Virus record (IMG/VR): IMGVR_UViG_3300020050_009209
Strand: one strand, 5' to 3'
Length of the DNA stretch: 64,000 nucleotides
DNA from: a virus
Lineage: Duplodnaviria; Caudoviricetes
Shown: positions 62,415-64,000 of the stretch, piece after piece
Position numbering within the stretch: the first letter of the stretch is position 1
Layout: each line of letters begins with the position of its first letter
Translations under genes and position numbers: made by a program
Notes under the pieces: generated by a model
What the model was told of the DNA's origin: nothing
What the model saw: the letters and a program-made list of their open reading frames with translations, nothing else
Database searches by the model: none

Positions 62415-62907
62415 ATTCAAGAACGCAGTCCTCGTCCGCAACGTAGTGGCTCGTGTGTTGGAGGCTACTGAGTTTGACAGCCCTGAGGCACTCAAGAAGT
62501 ACCTTCATGATCATCCAGACGCGGATAAGTCCAAGCACTCCGTGAAGAAGAAGGATGATGATGGGGAGTGGGATCGAGCTGTTAGCAATGAGTCGGCTAG
62601 AGATAAAGCTAGAGAGAAAACTAAGCTAACCAACCAAAAAACCCTTGAGACGAGCAGTGGTGCATTAAAAGCTCTTAAGGGCTTACCTAAGGGCTGGTCG
62701 GATGAGTTAGGACTTGAGGGTCTTAGCAAGAAAATTGACAAGGTTAAGCCGGGGGAGGATACCACCGCAGTAGACCTTGAGCTAAAGTCAATAATGAAGT
62801 CGCTTAAGTACAATGCAGATAGCATTTTGAAGGATAAGGATTCTTCACCTGAAGAGAAGAAAGACGCAGAAAGTGCGTTGAAAGTCCACAAAAGTTTGAC
62901 CCGCTAA
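62395..62907 (+). CDS. charged putative internal head protein
   Basis: VRNVVARVLEA N-terminus, then EFDSPEALKKYLHDHPDADKSKH; late-type motif upstream. Confidence 0.6.
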   Translation: MTSKLTEFKNAVLVRNVVARVLEATEFDSPEALKKYLHDHPDADKSKHSVKKKDDDGEWDRAVSNESARDKAREKTKLTNQKTLETSSGALKALKGLPKGWSDELGLEGLSKKIDKVKPGEDTTAVDLELKSIMKSLKYNADSILKDKDSSPEEKKDAESALKVHKSLTR

Positions 62908-62923
62908 AAGGTAATTTCACCTC

Positions 62924-63421
62924 TTGTCCAACCTAGCTAAAGTATACGGGAAGCCCCTTGTCAAAGGGGTAGCTGCGACTCCTGAGCGGGCACTCAAGTT
63001 ACTTAAGCAGGACATCCTACAGAGGGTCCGAGCCAAGCTACTTCAGTCTACGTTCTCGGACAGGGCCAAGAAGGCGTTCTCCAGGTCCTTGTCAGTCAAA
63101 ATAGGCAGTTCTTCGCTTACTATCCGGTCCAGTCACCCAGCATTTATTCTCTTGTTGCGAGGGCAGCGTAAGGGTCAGATGACCTGGCTCGTGAAGGCTA
63201 GGGCTCCTATCCCTATCATTACGGACACAGGAGAGCTTATTTTCCGTACAGCCTCTGCAAGGTCCATGCTGAATGGTAAGTGGATTCACCCAGGGAGGGG
63301 ACCATTCGACTTTGTGGAGAAAGCTAAGGCAGAAGCCAAGGATAGGATTCGCAAGGGAATTATGGCAGAGATACGTAGGACTTTAGCTCAGTCCGCCAGA
63401 CAGAATGGAAGAACTAGATGA
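62924..63421 (+). CDS. basic neck/tail-completion-like protein
   Basis: IFRTAS..W.HPG..F.EKA pattern typical of phage neck proteins. Confidence 0.5.
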   Translation: MSNLAKVYGKPLVKGVAATPERALKLLKQDILQRVRAKLLQSTFSDRAKKAFSRSLSVKIGSSSLTIRSSHPAFILLLRGQRKGQMTWLVKARAPIPIITDTGELIFRTASARSMLNGKWIHPGRGPFDFVEKAKAEAKDRIRKGIMAEIRRTLAQSARQNGRTR

Positions 63422-64000
63422 ACTTAGGTGATATCGTAGTGTGTGGTGTGACCGAAGACATCCTCTTGGATGACATCAAGTTTGTGGTGCCCAAAGGAGA
63501 GGCTGTTACAGTGCCAGCGGACCTTGTTGTCAGGTCGACAGACTTGTACCGTCAACTGTCCGTAGGGGCCATATTCCAGTTGAATAAGAACAGCCGTGGG
63601 CTCCGACCGAACTCCCCACCAAAAGAAGAGCCCCTGGAGAGCCCTTCGCTACAGCCTGTAGTTATGGCAGCTCAGGTAGAGATTGAGGCCCTGAAGTCTG
63701 AGAATGCTCGACTTGCAGAGGAGAACAACGTCCTTCAAGAGAGGGTTTCCGTACTCACCCGAGAGTCCTCCCTGCTTAAGGACTCCTTAGGTATTGGTGA
63801 GAGGCTAGACCAGATGATGGCCATGTTGAAGAACGGGGTTGCACAAGGGCCCTCTGTACTTCGCACTTCGAACCTTAATGGTGACTCATTTCCATCTTCG
63901 GAAGAGGCTCCAGTATTCATCCCATCCCAAATCAAAATGGATGATGTTGACACCTCTAGGTTGAGTACCCCTGAATCCACAGAAACTACCTCAGGAGCTG
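63418..64000 (+). CDS. hypothetical coiled-coil protein (runs off window end; absent from ORF track)
   Basis: ATGA overlap with upstream stop; frame MNLGDIVVCGVTEDILLDD.. is open to 64000. Confidence 0.7.
   Translation, partial: MNLGDIVVCGVTEDILLDDIKFVVPKGEAVTVPADLVVRSTDLYRQLSVGAIFQLNKNSRGLRPNSPPKEEPLESPSLQPVVMAAQVEIEALKSENARLAEENNVLQERVSVLTRESSLLKDSLGIGERLDQMMAMLKNGVAQGPSVLRTSNLNGDSFPSSEEAPVFIPSQIKMDDVDTSRLSTPESTETTSGA

Noticed and set aside
1-64000. Stop-codon reassignment, tRNA/rRNA genes, CRISPR arrays
   Set aside because: Genes are full length in the standard code and end in TAA, TAG and TGA. I saw no tRNA cloverleaf/T-loop signature or repeat-spacer array by eye; tRNAscan-SE and a CRISPR finder would be needed to exclude them formally.

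Overview
This window is part of a large (probably jumbo) tailed-phage genome. It is about 50-53% GC by eye, and every credible gene is on the + strand. The first 13 kb is a recombination/replication/transcription module: RecA, an SbcCD/Mre11-Rad50 system whose Rad50 is split into two genes, a PD-(D/E)XK nuclease, a sliding clamp, a primase core, DnaX, a NusG-5'-3' exonuclease fusion and a sigma-like factor. From 15 to 39 kb is the head module: terminase with an intein, a type IB topoisomerase, portal, prohead protease with an intein, a Q-rich scaffold, decoration proteins and the major capsid protein. The rest (39-64 kb) holds further virion and neck genes, HU, several homing-type endonucleases and a small accessory cluster with a methyltransferase and NADAR. 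Four observations stand out. (1) A 758-bp GC-rich DNA adenine methyltransferase cassette with no transposase sits inside an HNH endonuclease gene. It has short terminal inverted repeats, an apparent GC target duplication at AGCT and an internal 17-bp direct repeat, and removing it restores the HNH reading frame exactly. (2) A K/R-x-A motif, probably the prohead-protease cleavage site, recurs across the head proteins and divides one ORF into a cassette-like polyprotein with DNA repeats at module borders. A possible capsid-targeting motif also occurs, including on the topoisomerase. (3) A LAGLIDADG endonuclease is fused to a DNA methyltransferase. (4) Selfish endonuclease genes have leaderless sigma70-type promoters, while virion genes share a different candidate late-promoter motif. 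All functional calls come from motif recognition by eye; no database searches were run.
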